DNA from: Myxococcota bacterium
GTDB lineage: Bacteria > Myxococcota > JACRCW01
Direction: 5' to 3'
DNA: 56,791 nucleotides
NCBI GenBank assembly: GCA_040752415.1
Contig: JBFMGU010000031.1
Location: forward strand, 1-56,791
The notes beneath the pieces are model-generated. The model was not told the DNA's origin. It saw only the letters and a program-made list of their open reading frames with translations, and ran no database searches. This document shows, piece after piece, positions 55,255-56,791 of the stretch (positions are counted from its first letter, which is position 1; the number at the start of each line of letters is the position of its first letter). The translations under genes were made by a program, and so were the position numbers.

Positions 55255-56520
55255 TGCGTCCGGGGAGAGGCCCGCGTCGCGGGGCAGGGCCGCGTCGACG
55301 GACACGGAGGCATCCGGCGGAGGCGCGGCGTCGGGGACAATGCCCGCGTCGGGGCGGCCGGCGTCGACGGAGATGGCCGCGTCGGGAGGGCCGGCGTCCA
55401 CGGTGATGCCCGCGTCCGTCGTCACGGTGGCGTCCGGTGTGGTTCCAGCGTCAACGCGACCTGCGTCCACGACGATACCGGCATCCACCACGGGTCCGGC
55501 GTCGGGGATGTACTGGCAGGCCTTCACGCCGTCGCCCCACACGTCGGGATCGGCCAGCTCGCAGCGCATGCCGGGCGGACACGTGCTGGAGATGGCATTG
55601 GGGTACTCGCAGATGAGCCAGCACACGGACTCGAAGTTCACGAAGTCCTCGAAGAAACAATAAGGGTACGGCTGCGGCAGGTTGGGCGGGATGCCCGGCG
55701 GCGTCTCGCAATACAGCGACGTGCCCATGGGGTAGCTGAAAGGATCGTCGCAGGCTTCGCCGGGGCCCGCGGTGGTGCCGCACAATCCCAGGGTGCCGCC
55801 GGAGAGCACGCCGTCGACGCACTGCTCGCTGGCGGGGCACTCGCAGTTGTCACCGGGGCACTCTGAGAGGGTGCAGGCCAGCTTGCAGGCGCACAGCGTG
55901 GGCGCGTCGGGGTTGTCGACGAGACGGATGAGGTCGGGCTCGCAGAACGCCATCTCGTCGACCATGCCGGTGAAGATGTCGATGCACTGCTCATCACGCC
56001 CCAGCATGCGGAGACACGCGCCGGTTCCGTCGCCAAGGTCCACGCACTGGCGACCGGCCGCGCATTCCGTGCCCGCCACCGGGTTGCACTCCGAGACGCA
56101 ACGGGCGCCCACCTGGCCCAGGCTCACGCAGCGCAGTCCCTCGGTGCAGTTGTTGAGCGCGGGGTTGCACACCTCCTCCTCGCCCACCGGCGGAATGGTC
56201 ACGTTGGCGTCACGCTGTCCCGCGTCGCGACGGGTGATGGACGCATCCGTGCCGCCGTTGTTCCCCGCGTCCTGCTCCGGACCCACGCAGCGATTCACCG
56301 TCGTGTCGCAGGTCTGCCCCGACGGACAATCCCGATTGGAGGCGCAGCCCTCCGCACACGTTCCGTCGCGGCAGAACTGTCCCGAGGCGCAGTCGGAGTT
56401 GCGCTCGCAGCGCGTTTCGCCGCTGTTGTTGTTGCCGGTGTTGGTCAGGGGATTGGGGCCCGTGCACGCCGCCGCGAGGCACAGCGCGCCCAGGAACAAC
56501 CAGGAAGGCTTCTGCGTCAT
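55231..56520 (-). CDS. Cys-rich lipoprotein with a C-terminal DAG-repeat tail
   Basis: Lipobox LAAAC; C..N.DC.SGQ.C repeats; tail of xDA(G/A/S/T) units. Confidence 0.75.
   Translation of the reverse strand: MTQKPSWLFLGALCLAAACTGPNPLTNTGNNNSGETRCERNSDCASGQFCRDGTCAEGCASNRDCPSGQTCDTTVNRCVGPEQDAGNNGGTDASITRRDAGQRDANVTIPPVGEEEVCNPALNNCTEGLRCVSLGQVGARCVSECNPVAGTECAAGRQCVDLGDGTGACLRMLGRDEQCIDIFTGMVDEMAFCEPDLIRLVDNPDAPTLCACKLACTLSECPGDNCECPASEQCVDGVLSGGTLGLCGTTAGPGEACDDPFSYPMGTSLYCETPPGIPPNLPQPYPYCFFEDFVNFESVCWLICEYPNAISSTCPPGMRCELADPDVWGDGVKACQYIPDAGPVVDAGIVVDAGRVDAGTTPDATVTTDAGITVDAGPPDAAISVDAGRPDAGIVPDAAPPPDASVSVDAALPRDAGLSPDASTPDAAP
55240..55505 (-). repeat. DA(G/A/S/T) short peptide repeats, mostly with a 6-aa period
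   Basis: PDAGPVVDAGIVVDAGRVDAGTTPDATVTTDAGITVDAGPPDAAISVDAGRPDAG... Confidence 0.8.
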
Positions 56521-56791
56521 GCCCCGCAGTCTGCCACGAGCCGCCGCCCGTCACCCAGGCCGTTGCGCGTTCCGAGTGTTGGTGTTGCGGATACACCTGA
56601 AGGCGGAGCCGAGAACAAGGCGCCATTCCTGCGACGCCGTCGAACACCTAACCCCCCCGCATTCGACCCGCTGCGCGCACTCGCCCCCCTTCCCCAGAAC
56701 CATTTTCTCGTCGTCACCGGGCTGGGGGAAGGGGGGCCATCGGGGAGGTCCAAGCCCCTTTCCGACGAGGAACCGGTCCTGCGCCCAAGGA

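Overview
High-GC chromosomal segment of about 41 protein-coding genes, almost certainly from a Myxococcota bacterium. The evidence for that is a RomR-like polarity regulator, a MYXO-CTERM-like tail, PEGA proteins and many Cys-rich lipoproteins. I see no rRNA, tRNA, CRISPR array, transposase or integrase. Housekeeping genes are rlmH, kdsA-kdsC-lipid A acyltransferase, plsC-like, rnr, gph-like, a BCP peroxiredoxin, M20 and M28 peptidases, a MutS-domain-V protein and a peptide-binding protein. Between them lie many uncharacterised envelope loci. The best candidate for an undescribed system is 20887-26798: a fibre-like lipoprotein with 32-aa tandem repeats and a Cys-rich head, followed directly by two paralogous exported di-heme (DHOR/DUF1111-type) proteins. 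That block shows a visible codon-usage shift and abuts a degraded FG-GAP lipoprotein gene with an in-frame TAG and a frameshift. Other loci of note: an A-B-A'-B' surface-lipoprotein cluster divergent from romR, a small protein behind a sigma54/IHF promoter, an Ala-rich protein without a signal peptide behind a sigma28-type -10 box, several apparent pseudo-enzymes, and twin unknown membrane proteins. All family calls come from reading motifs by eye; no database search was run.
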